Shown one piece after another: positions 1-9,768 of a stretch of DNA of 64,000 bases. Under the pieces are notes generated by a model, which did not search any database, was not told the DNA's origin, and saw nothing but the letters and a program-made list of their open reading frames with translations. Each line of letters starts with the position of its first letter. Position 1 is the first letter of the stretch. A program made the position numbers and the translations under genes. This stretch comes from a virus (Duplodnaviria > Caudoviricetes). The stretch covers positions 1 to 64,000 of IMG/VR virus record IMGVR_UViG_3300025416_000002. One strand, written 5' to 3'.

Positions 1-261
1 GTGAAGCAAGCTGCTAGCAAGCTTGCTTCACAAGCACTTGGCTTCAATAACACACAGGCTAACCCTGACTGCACACTTGGTGTTGTAGCCAGCGCACGCT
101 CTGAGAGCCTCGTCAGTGCTCGTGTTGTCGCTGAGACACCTAGCACCAAGATCGCCGGTACGGTTATTGCCGTTGGTGATCGTGAGTTCGCTGTTATCTG
201 GGATGATAAGACTGCCTCTGTTGAGCGCAAGGGCGACTACGAATTGGTAGTTACCCAATAA
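1..261 (+). CDS. Hypothetical protein, probably the 3' part of a gene starting before the window
   Basis: Open frame from the window edge to TAA, with codon use like neighbouring genes. Confidence 0.6.
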   Translation: MKQAASKLASQALGFNNTQANPDCTLGVVASARSESLVSARVVAETPSTKIAGTVIAVGDREFAVIWDDKTASVERKGDYELVVTQ

Positions 262-264
262 CTC

Positions 265-927
265 ATGTTTAGAACCAGAAAAACTAAGATCACTTCTGCT
301 CCTGTAGAAGAGGTCCTTGAGGTTAAGGATCCAGTGTTTGAGCCAACTTGGGAACAAGATTGGCCAGATGAAGATCCATGGGTGGATATTCAGGAAGAAG
401 AGCCTGAACTCCAGCAGATCACCAACATAGAATACATTAGCGTAGACTATGTTGAAAATGAAATGCAATGGGGTAAGCTCACTGACTACGATGACAACCA
501 GTTTAGTTATCAGTGGGACACCAGATCAAACAGAATCGTTCGTCTTGTTGGACACAGAATCGATAAGTTAACCTGGGATCTGTGCGAAAGTGTTCTACGA
601 AAGTACTACATTAAGCCAGAAGCGGCCAGAGTTGAAGAACCGATTGGCCCAAAGATTGAACAAGCAGTAAACAAGGCGCTTTCACCAGTTGCCAATGCTT
701 TCAAGAACCTTGAAGGCAAAGTTGACAAGGCTTTGGCCGCAAGGCCAGCTCCAGCACCTGCTCCTGTACAGGCTGCTCCAGCTCCTCGGCCACAAGCAGT
801 CCAGTCGACTTCTACCAGTGAAACACCAGCAATAAATGTAGCCGACAATGACATTAGCGTTAACGCGTTGAGGTTCTTGCAAGAATCTAATGTTCAGGAT
901 CTTGGCATAGATTACATGAGCCTATAG
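265..927 (+). CDS. Hypothetical protein with acidic N-terminus and Pro/Ala linker
   Basis: 220-aa ORF packed between neighbours. Confidence 0.7.
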   Translation: MFRTRKTKITSAPVEEVLEVKDPVFEPTWEQDWPDEDPWVDIQEEEPELQQITNIEYISVDYVENEMQWGKLTDYDDNQFSYQWDTRSNRIVRLVGHRIDKLTWDLCESVLRKYYIKPEAARVEEPIGPKIEQAVNKALSPVANAFKNLEGKVDKALAARPAPAPAPVQAAPAPRPQAVQSTSTSETPAINVADNDISVNALRFLQESNVQDLGIDYMSL

Positions 928-935
928 GAGATAAG

Positions 936-1694
936 ATGAACATCGCAGAAGGTAAAGGCCCAAAGCAAACAAAGAAGACATGGCCACTTGGCCAATTTGT
1001 TACCAATTACGGTAATGATGGAACACCAGGTGCCCTCTATCCTCCTGCTGTAGCATATGGGCAGTCTTTTACTAGCAGCGGTGTCGGTTATATGACCACT
1101 AGCGGCAATGTCGCTTATGCACAACCTGGATCAGTAAACCCAGGTCTCAACTTGAATGTAAACGGCAATGGCACGTTTGACGTTAGTATTCCTTGCGCTA
1201 TTGACCCTGCCACAGCCCTAACAGACCTGCAGGCAATCGTTGCTGTACTCAACGCTGAAGGTGGATGGTCGGGAACTGCTACTGTGTCTCTCCAAGGTAC
1301 TGCTAATCACTTCTTACCAAATGCTTACTTCACCAGTGCTTCTGGTTTGGCAACTTCTGCTAACTGGGCAACTATTGGAACAGCAACAATTTCAGCTGCC
1401 ACTTCTCCTGTAGTTATCACAGTACCTGTTGCTAGTGGTTACTTCTACCCTTCATACCGACTCATAGCCTCAGGTACTGGCACCGGTGTAATCGACTGGG
1501 TTCTCCCAGGTCTGTTCATTGACCTGTTCACTGCAGGAATTGGCCAGGAAGCTACATGGGCTAATGGCAATATTGGTCAGCAGAACATTGCTAATGGTAA
1601 GAACCTCACGATTTCTGGTGGTGTCGTTACTGGAGATAGCACGATTACTTCACCGAATTCAAGTGTAGACAATAACCACAACTACTTCGGCTAA
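936..1694 (+). CDS. Putative virion structural protein, S/T/G/N-rich
   Basis: AGGAG SD before ATG; low-charge beta-type composition with several SG motifs. Confidence 0.65.
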   Translation: MNIAEGKGPKQTKKTWPLGQFVTNYGNDGTPGALYPPAVAYGQSFTSSGVGYMTTSGNVAYAQPGSVNPGLNLNVNGNGTFDVSIPCAIDPATALTDLQAIVAVLNAEGGWSGTATVSLQGTANHFLPNAYFTSASGLATSANWATIGTATISAATSPVVITVPVASGYFYPSYRLIASGTGTGVIDWVLPGLFIDLFTAGIGQEATWANGNIGQQNIANGKNLTISGGVVTGDSTITSPNSSVDNNHNYFG

Positions 1695-1706
1695 TAAAGG
1701 ATTGAC

Positions 1707-1895
1707 ATGGAAAGACAACAGAATATAAGATTGGCACGTACACGTCACGTAGGCGCTAACTTCGATTTCAATGGCAACCCTATCATTCAGAATGAATCTG
1801 GTGGTACGGTTAGACTAAGTGGTCCCATTAGCACATACCCATGTGGCCACCAAGCAATTCCAGGCATTGACAACTGCAGTTGCACAACATATTAG
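1707..1895 (+). CDS. Small hypothetical protein (62 aa)
   Basis: AAAGGA SD; fills the gap before the portal gene. Confidence 0.55.
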   Translation: MERQQNIRLARTRHVGANFDFNGNPIIQNESGGTVRLSGPISTYPCGHQAIPGIDNCSCTTY

Positions 1896-1907
1896 AAAGC
1901 AACATAA

Positions 1908-4265
1908 ATGCCATCACAGGATTGGAGTGCATCTGCTGAGCTAGGCCGTATGAGATCGGCTGGTATCACAGGTCCCAAGAACCCAGTAACCAGAAGAGTA
2001 GCCAATAAGCAGTTGCTTGATATGGCACGTACTCCTGGTGCCATGGGTGCCATGAGCTCTAGTCCTTTGCTTGGACCTTCTGAAGGCAGATCACGCCTCA
2101 ACTCCCTTAGCTCTGCCGACTTCCTCGGTGATTCAGGGATGTCACGTACTGCTAACCGCAGAACTGCAGCAGCCACTGGATCAGACGCACAATGGGCATG
2201 GCCTAAGCTACACGACCCATTTGAGTACTGGCGTGAGCGCACGTGGTGGTTCAACATGGAGGACCCAGACGAGCAGACTCGTAAGATCCGTGACTGGGCA
2301 CGTCTTTTGTACACCACTCACTACTTGGTGCCTTCGCTTATTGACATCTATACTCGTTACCCATTGTTGGACATCGAGCTTATTCACCCAGACAAGCGAA
2401 TCTCTGACTTCTACAACGACCTGTTCTTTGACGGTCTGAACTACAACGAGTTCCTTTACGACCTTGGTCGTGAGCACTGGACCGTTGGTGAAGCATTCGC
2501 TATGGGATCCTGGCACGATGGTATCGGTGCTTGGGAAGAAGATGAGATCATCAACCCTAACGACGTTATCGTCGCTAAGAACCGTGCTCTCAGAACCTAC
2601 CAGTACCACATCAAGGTTCCTGAAGAGATTAAGCGTCTTATCGAGCGCAGAGATCCTCCACAGGAATACGCAATGCTTATGCAGCTCTACCCAGACGTTG
2701 TAGCCTGGGCTAGACAAGACAAGGAGATCCCGGTCTCTGATGTCATCATGAAGCAGATCAAGTTTAAGACTAACCCTTGGAGCGAGCATGGTACTCCTAT
2801 TCTTCTTCGTGCTTTTCGTATGCTTATGCTCGAAGAGTCCCTCAACGCTGCTCAAGACGCTATTGCTGACCGTCTGTATTCTCCCCTTATTCTTGCTACT
2901 CTTGGTCTGCCTGATGTAGACCAGGACGGTCCATGGGTCCCTGACGCTATGGAACTCCAGTCTTTGAGAGACGACCTCTCCATGGCTATCAACTCAGACT
3001 TCCGTCTGATGACATACCACCACGGTCTTCAGATTCAGAACGCATTTGGCCGTGAGTCAATGCCACGTTTGGATGCTGACTTCATGCGTGTTGAGTCAAA
3101 GGTCATGCAGGTATTCGGTATTGGTGCTGACTTGCTCCAGGGTGGTAACGGCGGTACATACGCTGCTGGTGCCCTTAACCGCGAGCTTATTACTCAGATG
3201 CTTTCAACATACCAGCACAAGATCGAAAGCTTTATCCGTTCCCGAATGGAACCAGTAGCAGAAAGACAGGGTCACTATGAAATGCGTTCGGTGGGTGGCC
3301 AAATGGTACCTGTCATGGAAACTGTTCTCATGGTTGATGAAGAGACTGGTGCTGAATATGTTGAAGAACGACCCAAGCTGGCCATTCCAGAAGTAAGGTT
3401 CCGTTCTATGAACCTGAGAGACGAAACCGTCGAGCGTGGCTTCCTGCAGCAGTTGATGGCATCTGGTTTCCCAATCTCTCTCAGCACTCTTGCTGTTAAC
3501 ATCCCAATTGACTTCGATGATGAGATCGAAGCACGCAAGGATGAGAAGATTAAGACTGTCGTTGCTGAGCAGCAGTACAAGAAGGAACTGTTTAACCGTC
3601 TTATGACTTTGCAGTTGCCTATCCCACCAGAGTACGTACAGGAATACCAGGCTTATCTAGCAATGCTCGAGAACCCACAGCTTGGAGCACAGCTTGCTCC
3701 TGGTGCTATGGCTAGCTTGATTGTTCCACCAGCTGCTCCTAACTTGACTGGCGAAGCCATTAAGAATAGCGACGCTGCTATGGGTGCTCAGATCTACCCA
3801 AGTGTCAACAACATGGCACAGCAGATGAATCAAACGCAACGTGGTACTGAACGTCAACGTCCACAAGAGTCTTACGAGCAGCGCAAGAATGCTCCTAAGC
3901 CGAACAAGAAGGGTCCTAAGAATGGACCCAAGAAGAAGACCGCGAGCGTAAGCGGCTGGGATGATGAGTACGATGATACTCCGTTCGAGACGATCACATA
4001 CGGTGACCGTATGAAGTTTGCTGTACCATTCGAGAGCAAGAAGCGTAAGCGCATGAAGCTTGCTCGTGGTATGAAGATTGTAGCTGATGATAGCTATGAG
4101 AAGTTCAACGAAGAAGAGTTCAAGAAGCACTTGGCATCGATCATTGATGAGCCAATGATTCAAGAACCAACAAATCTTAACGAACACAGCAGTGGCGAAG
4201 GTGGCATGGACCAGCCTGCGCGTAAGCAAGTTGATCCGACTAAAGAAGAACCTTTTCCTTCCTAG
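1908..4265 (+). CDS. Portal protein
   Basis: 785 aa upstream of protease, scaffold and capsid genes; portal-type motifs (WGTPIL-like EHGTPILLRAFR; ADRLYSPLILATLG); charged C-terminal tail. Confidence 0.85.
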   Translation: MPSQDWSASAELGRMRSAGITGPKNPVTRRVANKQLLDMARTPGAMGAMSSSPLLGPSEGRSRLNSLSSADFLGDSGMSRTANRRTAAATGSDAQWAWPKLHDPFEYWRERTWWFNMEDPDEQTRKIRDWARLLYTTHYLVPSLIDIYTRYPLLDIELIHPDKRISDFYNDLFFDGLNYNEFLYDLGREHWTVGEAFAMGSWHDGIGAWEEDEIINPNDVIVAKNRALRTYQYHIKVPEEIKRLIERRDPPQEYAMLMQLYPDVVAWARQDKEIPVSDVIMKQIKFKTNPWSEHGTPILLRAFRMLMLEESLNAAQDAIADRLYSPLILATLGLPDVDQDGPWVPDAMELQSLRDDLSMAINSDFRLMTYHHGLQIQNAFGRESMPRLDADFMRVESKVMQVFGIGADLLQGGNGGTYAAGALNRELITQMLSTYQHKIESFIRSRMEPVAERQGHYEMRSVGGQMVPVMETVLMVDEETGAEYVEERPKLAIPEVRFRSMNLRDETVERGFLQQLMASGFPISLSTLAVNIPIDFDDEIEARKDEKIKTVVAEQQYKKELFNRLMTLQLPIPPEYVQEYQAYLAMLENPQLGAQLAPGAMASLIVPPAAPNLTGEAIKNSDAAMGAQIYPSVNNMAQQMNQTQRGTERQRPQESYEQRKNAPKPNKKGPKNGPKKKTASVSGWDDEYDDTPFETITYGDRMKFAVPFESKKRKRMKLARGMKIVADDSYEKFNEEEFKKHLASIIDEPMIQEPTNLNEHSSGEGGMDQPARKQVDPTKEEPFPS

Positions 4266-4333
4266 GATTTAACTTATCAATAAAAACGCACGAAGATGTA
4301 GAACGTGTATTTATTTATGTAGAGGTTAATCCT

Positions 4334-4522
4334 ATGAGCACACTTTTCAACAACGAACCACCCCGTTTACTTCCTAAGCAAGCTTTTAACAAGCGTAGCT
4401 TTCTCAACGTCGTAAGTCCTCTGGTTAAACTAGAGATCATTAAGGAAGGCGAAGGGCGGATCTGTCGTAACGCTCACAAGTTGAACCTTGCGAACAGTAT
4501 CTATGAAAAGCTGGAGGACTGA
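4334..4522 (+). CDS. Small hypothetical protein
   Basis: 62-aa ORF with AGAGG upstream, coupled to the next gene by TGATG. Confidence 0.55.
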   Translation: MSTLFNNEPPRLLPKQAFNKRSFLNVVSPLVKLEIIKEGEGRICRNAHKLNLANSIYEKLED

Positions 4523-4896
4523 TGCTTGCAACGTTCTTCAACTCATCAAACACCTGGTTTAGCTACATCTCTAATTTCTTTTTTGCTGCAGCTGGATTTG
4601 GCACCGTAGCAAGAATCATCTACAAATTGATCACTCGTCATAGCGATAAGAAGCTGGAAGAGCTCGAGAAGCAACTCGCAGCCAGCAAAGAAGATCAAGA
4701 CGATAAGTTCGAGCGCCTCTTTAGCCAATTCAAGACTAACGGCGGATCAAGCCCTAAGGACCAGTGGAACCGTTTGGAAACAAAGGTTGACCACCTGATG
4801 GGTATTGAAAACCACGTAGACAAGCTTACACAAGCACTCGATCGACACCTTGGTTACCACGAAGGACTTAGAGCGGCGCACGAAGACGAGGACTAA
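4522..4896 (+). CDS. Membrane protein with one N-terminal TM helix and a coiled coil
   Basis: Hydrophobic WFSYISNFFFAAAGFGTVARII followed by a heptad-like charged helix. Confidence 0.7.
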   Translation: MLATFFNSSNTWFSYISNFFFAAAGFGTVARIIYKLITRHSDKKLEELEKQLAASKEDQDDKFERLFSQFKTNGGSSPKDQWNRLETKVDHLMGIENHVDKLTQALDRHLGYHEGLRAAHEDED

Positions 4897-5291
4897 TGGC
4901 AAGGACATTCAGACACCCTATTACGGGCGATCCTATTGGCATTGGTAAACACGTTTCTTGGAAGATCCAGTTCTCTATCCGCAACTGGTATTTCATTGGA
5001 GCCATTACTGGCGTGACATTGTTCTGTGTTATATGGGGAACAATGAACATCGCCGTAATTGGCTGGTGGAATGTATGGGCTTCGTACATGGCTCTGTTCA
5101 TTGAATCTGTCGTTGGTATCAGTATGTTTGAGCAGACTCGAGCAGATGCCAAGGTTCTCAGACAAAGCCTTGCAGCTATTGAAGAATTGCTTACCAAGAT
5201 CAACCAACTACTTGAGCTCGAGAAAGAGCAGAGCAAAGAAGTACACAGTCTGGTCGATGTCTTGGAAGACGAGATCAACCTTCACCACTAA
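4896..5291 (+). CDS. Two-TM membrane protein with C-terminal coiled coil (DUF1003-like architecture)
   Basis: Two hydrophobic segments followed by a Leu/Glu heptad helix; TAATG coupling. Confidence 0.65.
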   Translation: MARTFRHPITGDPIGIGKHVSWKIQFSIRNWYFIGAITGVTLFCVIWGTMNIAVIGWWNVWASYMALFIESVVGISMFEQTRADAKVLRQSLAAIEELLTKINQLLELEKEQSKEVHSLVDVLEDEINLHH

Positions 5292-5358
5292 AGATTTAAC
5301 ATATTGTTAAACATCACAACGATGTAAAAACTATGTTAACACAAACTAGGTTACGAAC

Positions 5359-6021
5359 ATGATTAAATTCGGTGCACCCACAATAAGCCTCATGGGCAAA
5401 GGACTTACTGCCGGTAAAGAGCAGCCTATTGACTTGCACCCTGTCACGTTTGAAGATTTTAAGCCGTTCACTCCTGAGAAGGGAATGCTCTACACAGCCT
5501 CAAGAGCAATCTCGTCAAGAGTAAACGCAAACTACGACGGTTGGCCTGTAGACCAGATCAAGAAGAGTTACAAGACTTTTATTGGTCGCCCAATTTACGT
5601 TGAGCACAACAACTCAGATCCTGAGCGTGCTCGCGGTGTGATCCTTGACGCAATCTACAGAGAGACTAAGCTAGCATCAGGTATTATCGATGCTAGTGTC
5701 TACTGCCTTATGGAAGTAGACGCCGTTAACTTCCCAAAGCTAGCTTCAGCCATCGAAAGTGGCCAATTGAATGCAGTGAGTATGGGAGCTGACGTAGATG
5801 GAACCGAGTGCTCTGCTTGTGGCAAGTATGCAAGCAAGCCATCAGAATTTTGTACTCACATTCCTCGCCTTAAGGGTAGAAATGTGACTGTATACAAGGC
5901 AGGCAAGCGTGTCGAAGCCCTTGTATACGAAAGCTGCATCAACCCGAACTTCTTCGAACTCAGCTTTGTGTTCGAGCCAGCTGACGAGTCAGCCTGGTTG
6001 TTGCAAAAGAAGCGTTACTAA
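5359..6021 (+). CDS. Prohead (capsid maturation) protease
   Basis: His (VEHNN) and Ser (VSMG) motifs followed by CSAC...FC; located between portal and scaffold/capsid genes. Confidence 0.8.
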   Translation: MIKFGAPTISLMGKGLTAGKEQPIDLHPVTFEDFKPFTPEKGMLYTASRAISSRVNANYDGWPVDQIKKSYKTFIGRPIYVEHNNSDPERARGVILDAIYRETKLASGIIDASVYCLMEVDAVNFPKLASAIESGQLNAVSMGADVDGTECSACGKYASKPSEFCTHIPRLKGRNVTVYKAGKRVEALVYESCINPNFFELSFVFEPADESAWLLQKKRY

Positions 6022-6725
6022 TGCCAATTCTTAATGTATCCGACAGCGTTATGAAATACGCCTTAGAGACGATAAGGATCCCTATCTCCATTCTCGGTGA
6101 CTGCCCTCAGTGCCAAAGCAATGGTTTTAGAGATGGTATTTGCCCTGACTGTGGATTTGTTCACCCAACTGTACAGCAGGCAATCCAAGAATGGCAAGCA
6201 GCGATGGGCATCCAGCAAAATGCCGAGCAGATGAAGCAGCAACCAAAAGCTGCTTTTAGAAGCCTGTCGTTTGTAGACGTTCTGTCTACGAATTTCAATG
6301 GACCGGACCTTAGTGGTCCATCCAGTGGAAAGGTTAAATGCCCTAGATGCAAGGATCTTACGCTCAACGATACACACTGTGAAAACCCTAAGTGTGGATA
6401 TGAGCAAGCTCCTGAAGGTTTAGGATTTAAAAGACCTAAGTTTCTGGGTATAGATCCTAGGATGCTAAAAAAGGTTAAGCGGAACTTTCTAAGCCCCGCT
6501 AGCTTAAAGATCGAAGAAAATAAAAACAAACTGAAGAACACCAAGAAGTCTGCAGCTGAACAGCAACAGATGGACCTGGGAGCTCTTCAAGATGACTCAA
6601 TGAATGCCCACAACGATGCAACTACTCGGATGAAGAATATGTTGCAGCAAAGTGCAGGAATTGATGCGCAAATGAAACAACAAAATAACGACGAGAACGC
6701 TAACAACAGCGAGGAGCTAACATGA
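6021..6725 (+). CDS. Zinc-ribbon protein of the head module
   Basis: CPQC...CPDC and CPRC...CENPKC. Confidence 0.7.
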   Translation: MPILNVSDSVMKYALETIRIPISILGDCPQCQSNGFRDGICPDCGFVHPTVQQAIQEWQAAMGIQQNAEQMKQQPKAAFRSLSFVDVLSTNFNGPDLSGPSSGKVKCPRCKDLTLNDTHCENPKCGYEQAPEGLGFKRPKFLGIDPRMLKKVKRNFLSPASLKIEENKNKLKNTKKSAAEQQQMDLGALQDDSMNAHNDATTRMKNMLQQSAGIDAQMKQQNNDENANNSEELT

Positions 6726-8038
6726 GCCGTTTCGATAACGAACTGGTTAAGCACGCAGACAACGCATACCAAATGCACGGTCTCTCGGGCCAAACAACCA
6801 CCCCACGTCAACAGCCTTACGACCAGCAGAACACCGTTGGTACTGACCAAGCTCCCGGTGTAACTGTCGCACCTAAGCCTGTTCAGCAAATGCGTAACAC
6901 GGTTGCTGACCAACCCATTGGTATGATGGTCCAAGTAACTGACCTCGACGCTGCCGATCCACCAAACGGTCAGCCTGGTGAGATCTTTGGTATGCCCGGC
7001 AACTCAGCTGTTTATGCAGAGGGTCGCCAGATGGCTGCTAGCGTAAACCCAATTGACGAGAGCCTGTACAACGTTTACAAGGCTTCACGTGAGATCCGCG
7101 ATGCTATTTACTCGCAAATTGACTTTGACTTCTCACGTTTGCTCACTGCTGCTAACGACGCTTCCACTGTATTGCGTTTCGCAAGCACTGACCAGTCAAT
7201 CCAAAAAGTTATCGGTACCGTAGCTTCCATCGTACTCGACATCGAGAACGACCTCGTCGCCACTGCTAACTACCACCAGGCTTCTGCTGACCTCCAGGCT
7301 CTTGAGGGCTTGCTCGAGGACATCAACAAGACTGCTGCCAAGGACGAAGACGACGACGAAGACGACGACGAGTTCTGCACCAACTGCCACGGCAAGGGCT
7401 GTGAGAAGTGCAAGAACAAGGCCAAGTCGAAGAAGAAGCCTAAGAAGAAGGCTACCAACGGTAACCAGGAGACCAACGTCGTTGTAGACGTTCGTGACCT
7501 CGACGACCAGGCTGGTGTCTGGGACCGTCAGCGCGTCATGCAGCCTAGCTTCACCACCAATGTTCAGGAGCCTGAACTGGTTAACGGCGAAGACGCTGGT
7601 TACGTACCATTCTACAACGATGGTGCTGAGACAGGTATCACACCTGGCCAAGAGCCTCACAAACAAGAAGTATGGCCTTACGACGGCACCAACCCTGCCC
7701 TCGTTCCTTACCAGCAGCAGGGTGTTGTCGCTGCGGTACAGGCCAGCCGTGAAAAGATCTACGACAGTCTCAACCTTGTAGACCGTCTCGAGAAGATGGG
7801 CATGGTAAGTTCTGACGACCGTGCTAAGCATCTCGCTAAGTTTGAACAAATGGACAGTGCTAAGCTAGCTGGTTTTGTAGCCGCTCTGGACACGTTCGAA
7901 GAGTCTGGGGCTCGTCAACCCCGGAGCCAAAAGGTGGCAAGTGGTGCAAACCGCATGCCCGAAATGGGTCGGTTGACAACGGCCTCAACAGTTAAGCGTC
8001 AGGATGTACTTGCTGACGACTGGCTGATGACACTTTAA
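6722..8038 (+). CDS. Putative scaffolding/internal head protein
   Basis: Helical, with acidic and basic low-complexity tracts; directly upstream of decoration and capsid genes; strong codon bias. Confidence 0.65.
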   Translation: MSRFDNELVKHADNAYQMHGLSGQTTTPRQQPYDQQNTVGTDQAPGVTVAPKPVQQMRNTVADQPIGMMVQVTDLDAADPPNGQPGEIFGMPGNSAVYAEGRQMAASVNPIDESLYNVYKASREIRDAIYSQIDFDFSRLLTAANDASTVLRFASTDQSIQKVIGTVASIVLDIENDLVATANYHQASADLQALEGLLEDINKTAAKDEDDDEDDDEFCTNCHGKGCEKCKNKAKSKKKPKKKATNGNQETNVVVDVRDLDDQAGVWDRQRVMQPSFTTNVQEPELVNGEDAGYVPFYNDGAETGITPGQEPHKQEVWPYDGTNPALVPYQQQGVVAAVQASREKIYDSLNLVDRLEKMGMVSSDDRAKHLAKFEQMDSAKLAGFVAALDTFEESGARQPRSQKVASGANRMPEMGRLTTASTVKRQDVLADDWLMTL

Positions 8039-8067
8039 CCAATCCCCTAACTAAGGAGAAAGAAAAC

Positions 8068-8586
8068 ATGCTTCAATTGAATAGCATTGCTAACGTTGGG
8101 GTTCACCGCACGTGCACTCCATTGTACGAGAAGTACGAGGCTACACCCTACAACACGTTCCTGGACCCCACGGACACCAACAACATCTACTCGGGTATGG
8201 TCATGTACCGTACCGGTGCAGACACTGTTTCCCTGGCTACAGTAACGGGTACGAACTACGCAAACGCTAAGCCGTTTGGTCTTTCGGCTCTGGACCGTAA
8301 CCCCAACATCGATGACGTGACTCAGGTCGGTGTCAACGCTTGGGCTGTATGGCTTGGTAACTCCAACGCCTTCTTCACAATTACGGCTCCTGCCTTCGAC
8401 ACAACTCAGGCTTACAACATCTCGACAAGCGGTACTCGTCAGTTCCTGTACACCTGCTCAGGTACTGGTCAGCTCACCTCGGCCTCTGGTGCAAACATCA
8501 ACGGCGTTCCAGTTGCTGAATTGATTGACGTTATCAGCCCAACGCAGATCACTGTCCGTCTCGTACCTTACGGCGCTGCCGCTTAA
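8068..8586 (+). CDS. Putative capsid decoration (cement) protein
   Basis: 172 aa with AAGGAG SD, immediately before the major capsid gene. Confidence 0.65.
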   Translation: MLQLNSIANVGVHRTCTPLYEKYEATPYNTFLDPTDTNNIYSGMVMYRTGADTVSLATVTGTNYANAKPFGLSALDRNPNIDDVTQVGVNAWAVWLGNSNAFFTITAPAFDTTQAYNISTSGTRQFLYTCSGTGQLTSASGANINGVPVAELIDVISPTQITVRLVPYGAAA

Positions 8587-8605
8587 TTCTGAAAGGAATA
8601 TGAAA

Positions 8606-9619
8606 ATGTCAACAATTCACCCTAATGGCGGTGTTGCCGATCACTTGGCTCCCCGTACAGCAAAGAAGTCTGACGACTACGTCGCCAGCATCGTAGAGGC
8701 TCAAGAGCGTCTCGCCTCGGCTACTGGTCGTAAGACTGCTACCCGTGAAGAGAAGCAACGTCGTCTCGCCGGTATCCTTGCCGACAAGGACAACTACATG
8801 GTCCGTCTGGGTCAGGGTATGATTGGTCCTATCCAGCTGAAGCTCCGTTACCAGGGTATGACCCGTAACGTCCTCCTGGAAGACCCGCTCACCCCTGGTG
8901 TCCCCGTCATGTACGACGTCCTCGACGAGTACGGTCAGGCCTACATTCTTTCCGGTAACGAAGGTGAAGTCCGCGTGACACCCTTCGAAGGTAAGAAGGT
9001 TCCAGTCCGTTTGTTCCGTATCGCTACCTTCCCTCAGATCAAGAAGGAAGACTTGTGGTACCTCCGCGTGAATATCGTAGAGTACGCACAGGACATGTCA
9101 AAGCAGGCAATCATGATGCAGGAAGACGCCCGTTTGATCACGGTGCTCGAAGCTGCTATCAACAACTACGCGGTTGACCCTAACCACGTTGTGTCGCCTA
9201 ACCACATCGTTAACGAGCTCTCGGGTTACATTACTCCTGACTCACTGTACGACCTCGTTGCACTCATTGAAGTTCACCAGTTGGAAGCTTCAAGACTGTT
9301 GTTCAACCCAATCGACTACCGTGACCTCTACAAGTGGGACATCAACCAGACCGGCTGGGCCTTCAAGGACCGTGTTGTTGCTGGTGAGCGCATCGTTCAA
9401 TTCGGTGGTTTCCAAGTTCAGCGTTCGATCGAAGTGCCTCAGGGTACTGTTTACATGACCCCAAGCCCCGAGTTCCTCGGTGTGTTCCCCGTCATGTACT
9501 CGCTCGACGTCGAAGAGAACCACACCCCAGAGAAGTTCCACAAGGGTTGGGTCATGGACGAGCTCGTCTCCGAGATCGTTCTCAACCCCCGTGGTCTGGG
9601 CAAGATCGTTAAGGCTTAG
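8606..9619 (+). CDS. Major capsid protein (HK97 fold, Bxz1-like)
   Basis: Motifs MIGPIQLKLRYQG, FRIATFPQIKKEDL and FLGVFPVMYSLDVEEN match my recollection of Bxz1-type capsid proteins; GAAAGGA SD at 8591-8597 favours ATG 8606. Confidence 0.92.
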   Translation: MSTIHPNGGVADHLAPRTAKKSDDYVASIVEAQERLASATGRKTATREEKQRRLAGILADKDNYMVRLGQGMIGPIQLKLRYQGMTRNVLLEDPLTPGVPVMYDVLDEYGQAYILSGNEGEVRVTPFEGKKVPVRLFRIATFPQIKKEDLWYLRVNIVEYAQDMSKQAIMMQEDARLITVLEAAINNYAVDPNHVVSPNHIVNELSGYITPDSLYDLVALIEVHQLEASRLLFNPIDYRDLYKWDINQTGWAFKDRVVAGERIVQFGGFQVQRSIEVPQGTVYMTPSPEFLGVFPVMYSLDVEENHTPEKFHKGWVMDELVSEIVLNPRGLGKIVKA

Positions 9620-9629
9620 TCTTAACAAA

Positions 9630-9684
9630 CGTACCAGTGCCGGGGAGGTCGGATCCTCTGAGATCGCTCCCCGGTCATCGTACG
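9630..9684 (+). terminator. GC-rich hairpin after the capsid gene (terminator or stabiliser, no U tract)
   Basis: CCGGGGAG 9640-9647 pairs with CTCCCCGG 9667-9674; outer CGTAC/GTACG pairing. Confidence 0.6.
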
Positions 9685-9768
9685 AAGAAATACCCTTGAA
9701 GTAATAACTAGGTATGAAAATTTCGTATCTATTGAGGACGAGAGTCCCTTGAAAATAGGAGCATTAAA

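Noticed and set aside
3046-3258. +1 ORF inside the portal gene (also 2071-2439, 31900-32109, 36798-37247)
   Set aside because: No SD, promoter or local codon flip; T-ending codons are baseline in the structural genes, so hydrophobic +1 frames are uninformative there
7340-7372. GACGAAGACGAC tandem repeats
   Set aside because: They encode a poly-Asp/Glu tract of the scaffold; not an array
8525-8605. Longer ORF-track start for the major capsid protein
   Set aside because: It overlaps the decoration gene; the SD at 8591-8597 fits ATG 8606
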